Source: an uncultured Candidatus Actinomarina sp.
GTDB taxonomy: Bacteria; Actinomycetota; Acidimicrobiia; Actinomarinales; Actinomarinaceae
Direction: 5' to 3'
Assembly: GCA_902535055.1 (NCBI GenBank)
Contig: CACASI010000002.1
Location: 82,330 to 146,329 of the forward strand
Length of the DNA: 64,000 bases
Below the pieces are notes generated by a model. It was not told the DNA's origin. It worked only from the letters and a program-made list of their open reading frames with translations, and made no database searches. Of the stretch, positions 16,702 to 25,761 are shown piece after piece. Numbering within the stretch: the stretch's first letter is position 1; each line of letters opens with the position of its first letter. The translations under genes were made by a program, and so were the position numbers.

Positions 16702-17877
16702 ATGGGAGCAATTGATATTAAGTCAGCCGGGAAAATATATCCAAATGGCACTAGGGCTTTAGAAGATGTAAGTATAACTATTAATGATGGTGAATTTGTA
16801 GTTCTAGTTGGTCCTTCAGGATGTGGAAAAACTACGTTGCTAAGAATGGTTGCTGGGCTAGAAGACATAACAGAGGGGGAAATTGCAATTGGTGATAAAA
16901 CAGTAAATGAAGTGGCACCAAAAGATCGTGATATTGCAATGGTTTTCCAAAATTATGCGTTGTATCCGCATATGTCAGTTTTTGACAATATGGCTTTTTC
17001 TTTAAAACTGAGAAAACTACCAAAAAATGAAATTGAAAAAAAAGTAAAAGATGCAGCCAAAACTTTAGAGATAAGTGAACTATTAGATAGAAAACCGAAA
17101 GCCTTATCAGGTGGACAAAGACAAAGGGTAGCAATGGGAAGAGCAATTGTAAGAAATCCGCAAGCATTTTTAATGGACGAGCCTCTCTCTAATTTAGATG
17201 CAAAATTAAGAGTTCAGATGAGGGCTGAATTGGGTCAACTGCACACACAGCTCCAAACAACAACTCTTTATGTTACTCATGACCAAGTTGAAGCCATGAC
17301 CATGGGAGATAGAGTGGCAGTAATTAGAAAAGGTGAGCTACAACAAATAGATACACCAAGAGAAATATATTCCAATCCAAGAAATATTTTTGTTGCTGGT
17401 TTTATCGGAAGCCCTTCAATGAATTTTGTTTACACAAAAATTAAATCAACTAAAGATTCAATTGAATTAAATTTTGGAGATAATCAAATAACATACCAAG
17501 ATGAAAAAAAAGAAAAATTAAAATCTTTTGAGAATAAAGAAATAGTGTTAGGTATAAGACCAGAAGCTTTTGAAGATGGTCATTTTGCAAACCAGTCTGA
17601 TTACTCAGAAAGCATAAAAGTAAAAGTATCTTTATTAGAACAACTAGGATCTGACTCGTATGTTCATTTTTACAAAGATATAAAACCTGTCCAAACTGAA
17701 GCAATTGAAGAAATATTAGCTGATGAGGGTGAAGATATCACTGTTTTGGGAGACAAAACTAAATTTATAGCAAGAATTAACCCTAACTCGACAGTTACTG
17801 AAGGTGAAGAAATTGAACTTAAGATTAATCCCTCAAAACTTCATTTTTTTGATCCTGAATCAGGAGATGTAATCTAA
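16702..17877 (+). CDS. sugar ABC transporter ATP-binding protein (MalK/UgpC/MsiK type)
   Basis: GPSGCGKTT, LSGGQRQRVAMGRA, FLMDEPLSNLD, plus a C-terminal regulatory/TOBE-like domain. Confidence 0.9.
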   Translation: MGAIDIKSAGKIYPNGTRALEDVSITINDGEFVVLVGPSGCGKTTLLRMVAGLEDITEGEIAIGDKTVNEVAPKDRDIAMVFQNYALYPHMSVFDNMAFSLKLRKLPKNEIEKKVKDAAKTLEISELLDRKPKALSGGQRQRVAMGRAIVRNPQAFLMDEPLSNLDAKLRVQMRAELGQLHTQLQTTTLYVTHDQVEAMTMGDRVAVIRKGELQQIDTPREIYSNPRNIFVAGFIGSPSMNFVYTKIKSTKDSIELNFGDNQITYQDEKKEKLKSFENKEIVLGIRPEAFEDGHFANQSDYSESIKVKVSLLEQLGSDSYVHFYKDIKPVQTEAIEEILADEGEDITVLGDKTKFIARINPNSTVTEGEEIELKINPSKLHFFDPESGDVI

Positions 17878-17880
17878 ATA

Positions 17881-19149
17881 TTAATACTGGCTTGCTAGTT
17901 CTTGAGTGATTAGATTAATAACCAAATTACCAGATAAAATATATTTTTTTAGTGCAGTTAAAAGATGATCGGCACCAATCCTTCGCTCCATAAGTTCGGA
18001 TGCATCGTATCTAAACAAATCTTCATTTAGTGCATTCCTTATAAGAGTTGTTTCTTTCAAAAGTAATGGATTTTTAATTTCATTAATGATTGAATTTTTA
18101 TTGGCAGAGATAAACATCGAATCCCTATGCGAAGTCCAGTCTTGACCAAACCCATTACTAGTTAATGAATTAAAAACTTCAATAGATTCTTCAGAAGAAT
18201 TTAAGATAACTAAAGAATCCCCAAGACCAACCAGTGCATTTCTATTATTTGTAGATGGGAATTTAAAAAAATCGTAATCAATCCCGTATGTTTTATCGGA
18301 AGGAAAATACATTTTTGCAAAATGTCCTGACCAGCTAAACACGCATGTATTAGCCCTATCAACTAGATTACGATAATTATTTCTAAATTCTTTACTAATT
18401 ATTCTTTCTTTTCCACCATAAACAGCATTATTAATAAAAATTATCTCTCCAATACTAGAAATTGATGACTTTATGTCATTATTTTTTGGGGTAATTTTTT
18501 GTTCAGACCAGTTATCATACACATTCGGGCCATATTCATGCAAAATTATATCCTCTAGCCAATTTGATGCTATCCAACCGGTAGAGGCGCCACTTTCAAT
18601 ATCCATACACCACAATGGATTGCCATTTGATACATTCTCTTTTGTAAAAGACACCATTTCTTCAAAATCATTAAATTTTGGAGATCCTATTTCTTTGTAT
18701 TTTTCTACGTCATACCAAATAAGTGAGTTTGGTATGAGTCTAAACAAAACCCCATACATTTTATTATCTTGATCTGATGTCATAATATTTTGTAAATGAT
18801 TGGAGTAATTTTTCTGAATTTTATCCTCCTCTAAAGCAATTGTGATTGGATAAAGAAAGCCTCTTTCGCCAAGATTGACCACACCCTGAGGATTTGGAAT
18901 AATTGCTATATCAAAATTATCAGTGTTATTACCTTCAATTATTTCTGTCTCCACATCAGACAGTGGAATATATCTTATTTTTATATTCATATCTTTTGAA
19001 ATAAGTTCTAGTTCATTTTCAAAATATTCGATTTGAGGAAAATATGGCCCTGCAATTAAAATTTCGTTTGGACTAAACGCGACGATTGAAAAAATGAGAG
19101 TTACTAGTAAAAATAAAATAGTAAATATATTTTTTCTAATTAATTCCAT
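17881..19149 (-). CDS. divergent, membrane-anchored paralog of the carbohydrate ABC substrate-binding protein
   Basis: Collinear with the SBP at 22799-24100 (GWIASNWLEDIILH vs GWLATDWMEDIMLR; FRYDASELM vs FRFDASDLM). It has an N-terminal hydrophobic anchor, no lipobox Cys, and very AT-rich coding sequence. Confidence 0.7.
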   Translation of the reverse strand: MELIRKNIFTILFLLVTLIFSIVAFSPNEILIAGPYFPQIEYFENELELISKDMNIKIRYIPLSDVETEIIEGNNTDNFDIAIIPNPQGVVNLGERGFLYPITIALEEDKIQKNYSNHLQNIMTSDQDNKMYGVLFRLIPNSLIWYDVEKYKEIGSPKFNDFEEMVSFTKENVSNGNPLWCMDIESGASTGWIASNWLEDIILHEYGPNVYDNWSEQKITPKNNDIKSSISSIGEIIFINNAVYGGKERIISKEFRNNYRNLVDRANTCVFSWSGHFAKMYFPSDKTYGIDYDFFKFPSTNNRNALVGLGDSLVILNSSEESIEVFNSLTSNGFGQDWTSHRDSMFISANKNSIINEIKNPLLLKETTLIRNALNEDLFRYDASELMERRIGADHLLTALKKYILSGNLVINLITQELASQY

Positions 19150-20033
19150 AGATGTGCCGCTCCCCTAACACCACTAGAAGAGCCATGTTTTGCTTTAACA
19201 ATCGGGGTGAGAAAAAAATTAGAAGCTATATATGGAATAATTCTTTTTGGAATTTCATCATAAATATTATCGATTTCTGACATGCCTCCACCACAAACGA
19301 TAATATCGGGATCAAGAATATTTACAAATGTACTAAAAGATCTTGCAATTCTTTCAAAATACATATCCATTACTTCTAATGCATGAGAATTATTTTCATT
19401 AAATAGGGTGACAATTTCTTTTGATGTTTTTTTTGAATTTGTTTTGTATCTATAGTAGTTTTCTAATCCTGGACCAGATAAGAATACTTCAATTGCTCCG
19501 ATTCGCCCACAATGTCTTTTTACGTTTTTTTCGTAATCATCCATTGGTCCAGGAATAGGGTTTTGTCCCCATTCACCGGTCAATTTGTTTGGGCCTACAA
19601 TTATTTTCTTATTCAATGAGTAACCAGCGCCAACACCAGTTCCCAAAATTACTGCAAAAACACTATCGTAATTTGAACCTGCACCGTCTACAGCCTCTGA
19701 TAACGCAAGACAATCAGCATCATTCGCAATTTTTATTTCATATCCAAGCTTTTGTTCAATATCAGATTTAACAGACATATTCTCAAGAGCTTTTGTATTA
19801 GATACTTGGACCAAATTTGTCTTTGGGTGAATAGAACCTGGCATACCAATTCCAACTGTGAATTCTGATATTCCTTTTGTCATTTCATTAATTAATGAGA
19901 CAACAGTCGAAATAATTTCTTCATAATTATCTTTTGGAGAGTCAACACGAATTCTATTTAGTTCATTCCCATCTACTGAATCAATGGCAATACCTTCGAT
20001 CTTTGTCCCACCCCAATCAATTCCAATTTTCAT
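19140..20033 (-). CDS. ROK-family sugar kinase (glucokinase/NagK/Mak-like)
   Basis: MKIGIDWGGTKIEG N-terminal ATPase motif, ANDADCLALSE, GTGVGAG. The zinc-binding CxCGxxGCxE region is degenerate (RHCGRIGAIE). Confidence 0.8.
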   Translation of the reverse strand: MKIGIDWGGTKIEGIAIDSVDGNELNRIRVDSPKDNYEEIISTVVSLINEMTKGISEFTVGIGMPGSIHPKTNLVQVSNTKALENMSVKSDIEQKLGYEIKIANDADCLALSEAVDGAGSNYDSVFAVILGTGVGAGYSLNKKIIVGPNKLTGEWGQNPIPGPMDDYEKNVKRHCGRIGAIEVFLSGPGLENYYRYKTNSKKTSKEIVTLFNENNSHALEVMDMYFERIARSFSTFVNILDPDIIVCGGGMSEIDNIYDEIPKRIIPYIASNFFLTPIVKAKHGSSSGVRGAAHLWN

Positions 20034-20606
20034 TTATTTTCTCAACTCAAAATTTAAACTATATTTTTTAATGTTAGTATTGCCAATTTTTTCAATTTCT
20101 TTATTTTGATTTAAAAGCCAATATTTTGGTGCATCAGGATAATTCTCTGAATAATCAGTTGCTGAACCAATAACAAGCTTTTTATTGTTGATAAGTTCAA
20201 CATCAAAATACCGGACATAATAAAAATAATTTTGACACCTGTCTTGAGAGTCAGTAATTATTCCATTTAAAGATTTTCTAAAATTCTCTGATTTGTTAAG
20301 GACAATTTCGACTTCACCTGGTCCATTAGACTCCCATGCTGGACCAATGCAAACATCATTAAAATCACTTTCATAATCTTCTCGAAATGTCATATCAAAA
20401 ACAAGACGATAGTTATTTATTTTTTTTGGATTTTTTGGAAATGCTTGAACCTCTAAGCTATATGAATTATCTATATTATTTCTTATATTGAAAATTAGTT
20501 TTGTATCTAAATTTGCCTCTTCCTCAATAGCTATTTCATATGAAAATGAGTTAGTTGTGCTGCAAAAAGAAAAAAATATGAGGATGATAAATAATTTGGG
20601 AATCAA
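20034..20606 (-). CDS. hypothetical exported protein/putative lipoprotein encoded inside the sugar ABC operon
   Basis: Signal-like N-terminus ending FFSFCSTTNS. It overlaps the upstream permease stop by 4 nt and abuts the ROK gene start. No family recognised. Confidence 0.55.
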   Translation of the reverse strand: MIPKLFIILIFFSFCSTTNSFSYEIAIEEEANLDTKLIFNIRNNIDNSYSLEVQAFPKNPKKINNYRLVFDMTFREDYESDFNDVCIGPAWESNGPGEVEIVLNKSENFRKSLNGIITDSQDRCQNYFYYVRYFDVELINNKKLVIGSATDYSENYPDAPKYWLLNQNKEIEKIGNTNIKKYSLNFELRK

Positions 20607-21505
20607 CCCTTTACAGCCCCTCCTATTAAGCCTCTTATAAAATATCGTTGAAGGCTAAAAAAGACGATTAAAGGAACAATCATCGATATAACAGCACCAG
20701 AAAGTCTTAAGTGCCAGGCCTCACCAAACAAGCCAACAACAATTTGTGACATATGTGATGTTACAACTAAGTTTTCTGGTTTGTATACTCCAAGAAAAAC
20801 ATTGGCAACTAAGAAATCGTTATAAACCCAAAGAAACTGAAAAGTAGCAAAAGCTGCAATTCCAGAAATTGATAATGGAACTACTAGTTTGAAAAATGTT
20901 GTCATGTTACTTGCTCCATCAATTTTTGCTGACTCGATAACACTTCTTGGCAGCCCCATCATAAAATCTCTTAAAAGAAATGTTGCTAACGGAAGTCCAA
21001 AGCCAGTATGAGCAAACCAAGTTGCAACAAATGTACCATTAATATCTAATGCAGGGATAATTGTAATTCCACCCAATTCAATCCCGCTCTTAAATAACTG
21101 AACTAATGGTATCAGCGACATTTGAAGTGGAATGATCATTGAAGCAACAACCATCATAAAAAGGAAGTTTTTACCTCTAAAATCCATAAATGCAAAGGCA
21201 TATGCAGCAAAAGCTGCAATAGTTATTGGAATAATCGTAGATGGTATTGTTATTGCTAATGAATTATAAAAAGATCGACTAAGATTTTCGGCAAAAAATA
21301 CTTCGCTATAGTTTTGTAGAGTTAATTCTGTCCAATATTCACCTGTATAAAGGGATTCCCACCAAGATGTTCTTTTAATTGCTTCAGGCGGCCTAAATGA
21401 ACTAAGTAAAAAACCAAAAATTGGAAATATCCATGTAATTGCAATTGCAATTAAAATCAACTTAGTAAATGGCTTGTCATACCATTTTTGATTATTTCTT
21501 GTCAT
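20603..21505 (-). CDS. carbohydrate ABC transporter permease (MalG-like)
   Basis: 300 aa, 6 TM, EAA-type loop ESAKIDGASNMTTFFKLVVP. Confidence 0.9.
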   Translation of the reverse strand: MTRNNQKWYDKPFTKLILIAIAITWIFPIFGFLLSSFRPPEAIKRTSWWESLYTGEYWTELTLQNYSEVFFAENLSRSFYNSLAITIPSTIIPITIAAFAAYAFAFMDFRGKNFLFMMVVASMIIPLQMSLIPLVQLFKSGIELGGITIIPALDINGTFVATWFAHTGFGLPLATFLLRDFMMGLPRSVIESAKIDGASNMTTFFKLVVPLSISGIAAFATFQFLWVYNDFLVANVFLGVYKPENLVVTSHMSQIVVGLFGEAWHLRLSGAVISMIVPLIVFFSLQRYFIRGLIGGAVKG

Positions 21506-22728
21506 AAACTATTACTTTCCTTCTCTCTCAATGCATTTCCTACAATTATTGGGATAACACAAACAAATATGATTACTGCTACTGTCGATGATCGTCCTAT
21601 ATTTCTATACTTTGAAAATTCATCTAGCATTTTTACTGCAAGAAGATTTGTTTCAAGGTCACCTCTAGTTGAAACATAAATTATATCAAATGCCTTTAAA
21701 ACAGTTACTACCATGTAGGTGCCTACTACAATTATTGTGCTTTTGATATAGGGGATAACTATTGAAAGAAATATTCTTATTTCTGATGCTCCATCTATTT
21801 GACCAGCTTCCATAATATCTGCTGGAATTGCTTTAATTCCTGCAGAAAATACAACGGCTGCAAAACCAGTATATGCCCAAATCATTATCACAAGTAGTAG
21901 AACAGTGTTAAGCGGAAAATTTACAAGCAAATTAGAAAGCCATCCACCTGATTCTAATGTTTCACCTATCTGTAAATTAGATAAATCTCTTTGTTGTAGC
22001 CATCCAATAGCTCGATTACAAGAAGGATCGGCATAGTCATTCAAAACACCTTCAATTATTCTATTGTTTGAACATTTTTCTCCTGCAGATACTCTTATTC
22101 CGTTTATGATCCCAATTTGTGTGAGAGGTGGGGGCCTATATTCATAAATAAATTTAAAAATTGCTGTTGCACCTACAGCTGAAATTGCCATTGGCATAAA
22201 AACAATAGATTTAAAAAATGCTTCCCCTTTGTTTAATCTGTCCGAAAGCCATCCAACTATAAGCCCAATCAATAAAGTAAAGAAGACAACAAAAACCAGC
22301 CAAACAATTTGGTTTCTTATCGTAACCAGCATCTCTGTATCACTAAAAGCCCAGGAATAGTTTTCAACCCCATTAAATGATTTTCCATATCTGTCTTTAA
22401 AACTTAAATAAATTGTCCTAATTGCCGGATAAAACAAAAATAAGCCAATCATAAATAATGATGGACCGGCAAACATTCTAGCTTCTAAAGAGTCTCTTCT
22501 CTCTCTTGGTGCTAATCTAATCAGTCTTTCCATTCCATTAAACAATAAAAAAACAAATGAAGACCCAACTATTATGCCTATAACAACTAAGACGTTTCTT
22601 GATACAATCTCTGTTAATTCTCTAAATAAAATTGCTTGAGATAAAAACCAAATGAGAGGAAAGGCTCCTAATGCAAGCAAGGAGATTCCAAAATTAAATA
22701 GTTTCTCTCTTTGGGTTAATTTTTTCAT
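21502..22728 (-). CDS. carbohydrate ABC transporter permease (MalF-like) with a large extracytoplasmic insert
   Basis: 408 aa, EAA loop EAGQIDGASEIRIFLSIVIP. An inserted loop of about 70 aa contains two Cys (GEKCSNN...DPSCNR). Confidence 0.88.
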   Translation of the reverse strand: MKKLTQREKLFNFGISLLALGAFPLIWFLSQAILFRELTEIVSRNVLVVIGIIVGSSFVFLLFNGMERLIRLAPRERRDSLEARMFAGPSLFMIGLFLFYPAIRTIYLSFKDRYGKSFNGVENYSWAFSDTEMLVTIRNQIVWLVFVVFFTLLIGLIVGWLSDRLNKGEAFFKSIVFMPMAISAVGATAIFKFIYEYRPPPLTQIGIINGIRVSAGEKCSNNRIIEGVLNDYADPSCNRAIGWLQQRDLSNLQIGETLESGGWLSNLLVNFPLNTVLLLVIMIWAYTGFAAVVFSAGIKAIPADIMEAGQIDGASEIRIFLSIVIPYIKSTIIVVGTYMVVTVLKAFDIIYVSTRGDLETNLLAVKMLDEFSKYRNIGRSSTVAVIIFVCVIPIIVGNALREKESNSL

Positions 22729-22748
22729 ATTTATTTACATATAAATTA

Positions 22749-22778
22749 TAGATGGCCACCTTAAAAGGTGGCCATCTA
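22749..22778 (-). terminator. intercistronic GC-rich hairpin between the SBP and permease genes (attenuator or mRNA-stabilising stem)
   Basis: 12-bp perfect stem tagatggccacc / ggtggccatcta around a ttaaaa loop. It lies 21 nt after the SBP stop. The 3' flank is only weakly U-rich. Confidence 0.7.
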
Positions 22779-22798
22779 AATCATTAAAATTTCTTAGC

Positions 22799-24100
22799 TT
22801 ACGGCCAAGATGTTTCAATATTGTTTAATGCTGTGTCAATGTAGCCTGGGCCTTCAACAGCAAGGTTCATCATTTCTTTCCAGAAAGAACCTGCTCCAAC
22901 CTCAGGTGGCATTAAGTCAGATGCATCAAATCTAAATGCATTTTCAGCTAAAGCACCAGTAATGGTGTCAGCCAACACTCTAGTAATATCCTTTGAATAC
23001 AAAGAAGTATCAAAATCTACGTGACCGTAAATTCTTGAGTTATCTGGCCTTTGTGCAGCTGCTTCAAAAAAGTCGTTGCTTAACATATAGTTAACAACTT
23101 CTATAGTTGCATCTCTATCGTTAAATACACCGAACATGTCACCAGCTCCTAAAGCTGCCTTTGGAAGTCCATCATCCATTGCTGGGAATGGGAAGACTGT
23201 TGTCTCCGATCCAGCACCAGCTTGTGCGGCCTCAGGCCAGAAACTGGTTATAAATGATGCCTGTCTGTGCATAAAGCAACCAGGATTTCCATTTGCATCT
23301 TTTTCAAACATTGGGTCTTGTGCATTACCAAAATATGTTGAAACGATAGCATCTGTACCACCTACAACATAACCTTCAGTATGCATAATTTGACTTAAAA
23401 ATGTTGCTGCATTCTTAACAACTGGATCGTTGAACGGAATATCATGACTTACCCATTTATCATAGGTAGCTGTTCCTTCGCCTGTACGAAGCATGATGTC
23501 TTCCATCCAGTCAGTTGCTAACCAACCAGAAGCACCGTTTGAATACATACCAAAACAGAATGGAGTCATTCCGTCAGCAACAATTTGATCTGCAAGTGCA
23601 ATCATTTCATCCCATGTTGATGGAATGGAATATCCTCTTGCCTCAAATTCTGCTGGTTGATACCAAACAATACTCTTAAGGTTAAATGCATGAGCTCCAC
23701 CATAATGTGCACCGTCTACTTCTCCTAGACCCACAATATATGATGAAAAGCTTGCTCTATATTCATCCATGTCTACACCAAGATCTTCAAGCGAAACAAG
23801 ATAACCTCGTTGCGCTGCATCAACTACAGCTCCAGGCTGTGGCCATAATGCAATATCAGGTGTGTCTCCAGATTCCATTTGAATTTGAACTTCCTGCTCA
23901 AAGTTATCTGAACCTTGGAAGCTAACAATAATTCCTGTTTCTTCTGTAAAGGAATCAAAGTTTTCTTGGAATCCTGCTGCGTCATTACCAACTAAGGCAC
24001 CAGTGATAAAGACTTCTTCTCCTTCGAGACTACCTCCACCACATGCTGCAGCTACCATGGACAAAATAAGAAGTAGTCCAAAAATAGACCTTTTCTTCAT
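22799..24100 (-). CDS. carbohydrate ABC transporter substrate-binding lipoprotein
   Basis: Canonical lipobox MVAAAC-GGG, 433 aa family-1 SBP. Its G+C content is markedly higher than that of neighbouring genes. Confidence 0.88.
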   Translation of the reverse strand: MKKRSIFGLLLILSMVAAACGGGSLEGEEVFITGALVGNDAAGFQENFDSFTEETGIIVSFQGSDNFEQEVQIQMESGDTPDIALWPQPGAVVDAAQRGYLVSLEDLGVDMDEYRASFSSYIVGLGEVDGAHYGGAHAFNLKSIVWYQPAEFEARGYSIPSTWDEMIALADQIVADGMTPFCFGMYSNGASGWLATDWMEDIMLRTGEGTATYDKWVSHDIPFNDPVVKNAATFLSQIMHTEGYVVGGTDAIVSTYFGNAQDPMFEKDANGNPGCFMHRQASFITSFWPEAAQAGAGSETTVFPFPAMDDGLPKAALGAGDMFGVFNDRDATIEVVNYMLSNDFFEAAAQRPDNSRIYGHVDFDTSLYSKDITRVLADTITGALAENAFRFDASDLMPPEVGAGSFWKEMMNLAVEGPGYIDTALNNIETSWP

Positions 24101-24118
24101 TATTTATCTCCCTTATAT

Positions 24119-24130
24119 ATACGTACGTAT
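24119..24130. promoter_or_regulatory. perfect 12-bp palindrome ATACGTACGTAT in the SBP leader
   Basis: Self-complementary as checked base by base. On the minus strand it lies a few nt upstream of the SD gggag of the SBP gene. Confidence 0.3.
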
Positions 24131-24249
24131 GCTAAAAATTAGGAAACTCTTAGCACTACTTAGATTATTAAAGATTTGAAATATTTCTATTTTTTATTAA
24201 AAAGTTTTAAAGTTTGAGTTGAATTTTTATATAGATTATGTATAAAAAG

Positions 24250-24333
24250 TGCCCGAGGGGGGACTCGAACCCCCACATCCTTTCGAATAACGGATTTTAA
24301 GTCCGTCGCGTCTACCAATTCCGCCACCCGGGC
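24250..24333 (-). tRNA. tRNA-Leu (anticodon UAA), class II with long variable arm
   Basis: The reverse complement folds as a cloverleaf: acceptor GCCCGGG/CTCGGGC (one G-U), anticodon loop CT-TAA-AA, long variable arm, T-arm GGGGG-TTCGAGT-CCCCC. CCA is not encoded. Confidence 0.9.
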
Positions 24334-24340
24334 TACCAAA

Positions 24341-25237
24341 TTAAAAATATTTTAGGATGAGTCCTTCTAAAATATCACTTTTTGAAACTTTTAGTTGATT
24401 AATTTCATATTTTTTTAGCAGATTTATAACTAAAAAAAGGCCTGAAGTTATTGTTGCTGCCCGTTTTGGATCAAGACTTGGATAAAAATTAATAATTTGA
24501 GGGATTGTTAATAATTTTAAATTTTCATAAAGACGATTTATTGATTCATAAGATATATCGATTTTATCAATTTCATCCTCACTGTATTTTCTTTGATTTA
24601 GATACATTGAACCAACCGAAGTGAAAGTGCCTGATACACCTATAAAATTTCTATTTGAAAAATCACTGGCATAAAATATTTTATCAAAGAATTGAAATGC
24701 ATTATTTTCATGAAATACTGAGATAGGGTTTTGATTTAAAAAATTTTCATTCATCATTACTACGCCTATTTCTTTTGAATCAACATTTACTCTTTTATCA
24801 ATATCGTAAATTAATTCGGTGCTCTGGCCGCCAATATCAACAATTAGATAATTTTCTAAATCTTCAAATGAAGATTGAACACCTATACCTGTAAGATAAC
24901 CTTCTTCTTCTCCTGAAATTATTTTCAAATCTAATTTAAATTTGCTTTTCACATCATCAATAATTTCATCAGAATTTCTAGAATTTCTTAATGCTGCTGT
25001 TCCAATACAAAGAACTTCTTCAACGTTATTGTTCTCAATAATTTTCAAGTATTTTCTTAAAACTTTATAAAATCTTTTTTTTGAGTCATCAGCAATTTCG
25101 TTTGTTTGTATTAAATTTTCACTTAATTTAGTAACTTCATGTTGTTTTAAAAGAGTCTCTAATCTTCCGTTTTCAACATTTGAAATAAGCAATCTAGTAG
25201 AGTTTGAGCCACAATCAATTGCTGCAACTGTTACCAT
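24341..25237 (-). CDS. ppx: Ppx/GppA-family exopolyphosphatase
   Basis: AAIDCGSNSTRLLI N-terminal motif. Synteny with Mtb Rv1026. Confidence 0.85.
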   Translation of the reverse strand: MVTVAAIDCGSNSTRLLISNVENGRLETLLKQHEVTKLSENLIQTNEIADDSKKRFYKVLRKYLKIIENNNVEEVLCIGTAALRNSRNSDEIIDDVKSKFKLDLKIISGEEEGYLTGIGVQSSFEDLENYLIVDIGGQSTELIYDIDKRVNVDSKEIGVVMMNENFLNQNPISVFHENNAFQFFDKIFYASDFSNRNFIGVSGTFTSVGSMYLNQRKYSEDEIDKIDISYESINRLYENLKLLTIPQIINFYPSLDPKRAATITSGLFLVINLLKKYEINQLKVSKSDILEGLILKYF

Positions 25238-25761
25238 TCAATTCGCCATTTATCATTCTTAGAACCGTTAGTTATGCAGGGTTCATTACAATTGCATCCT
25301 CCTACACTTTCAAGGACAATCTTTCCTATAACATTTTTTCCACTAACTAATTCATCAGCAAGATGTGAATGTAAACATTTTATGGACTTTGTTGTTCCTC
25401 CAACTCCACCAATTGGCGAAATTGTATTTGAAAGAGTTTTATATTTTTTATTTCTTTCATTTTCATAAGATCTCTGCCTTTTACGCCATAATTTATTTAA
25501 TTTTTTATTATCTACTAATTGACTATCAAGATCTTTAACCATCCCGTTTGATTCTAAAGTGCTGACTTTTTTGACATACATTGGACACGTAAGCCAATAC
25601 ATAGTTGGAAAAGGCGTGCCGTCATCTAAATTTTTTGGAACATCAACAACAACTGGCAAGTTAAAATGACATTTTGCAACTACATCAATATTGCTTCTAA
25701 TTTTTCTATCTAACTGAATTTCTACAGTCTGTTTTTCATTAGTCACTGTTTGTACCGACAA
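25231..25761 (-). CDS. DUF501 domain protein
   Basis: Position between the ftsB-like gene and ppx is identical to Mtb Rv1025. PFPTMYWLTCP block and Cys-rich C-terminus are present. The true start may be internal. Confidence 0.65.
   Translation of the reverse strand: MSVQTVTNEKQTVEIQLDRKIRSNIDVVAKCHFNLPVVVDVPKNLDDGTPFPTMYWLTCPMYVKKVSTLESNGMVKDLDSQLVDNKKLNKLWRKRQRSYENERNKKYKTLSNTISPIGGVGGTTKSIKCLHSHLADELVSGKNVIGKIVLESVGGCNCNEPCITNGSKNDKWRIEW

Noticed and set aside
24131-24249. The 119-nt AT-rich spacer between tRNA-Leu and the SBP leader could encode a small RNA or riboswitch.
   Set aside because: I could not discern a conserved-looking structure, a GC-rich stem or a known riboswitch core. 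It is most simply the promoter region of the sugar operon.
17881-24333. The sugar operon could be a genomic island integrated at the 3' end of tRNA-Leu.
   Set aside because: I found no integrase or recombinase, no direct repeat of the tRNA 3' end at the far boundary, and no other mobility genes. The compositional contrast is confined to the first SBP rather than the whole block. I keep this only as an alternative explanation in the SBP finding.
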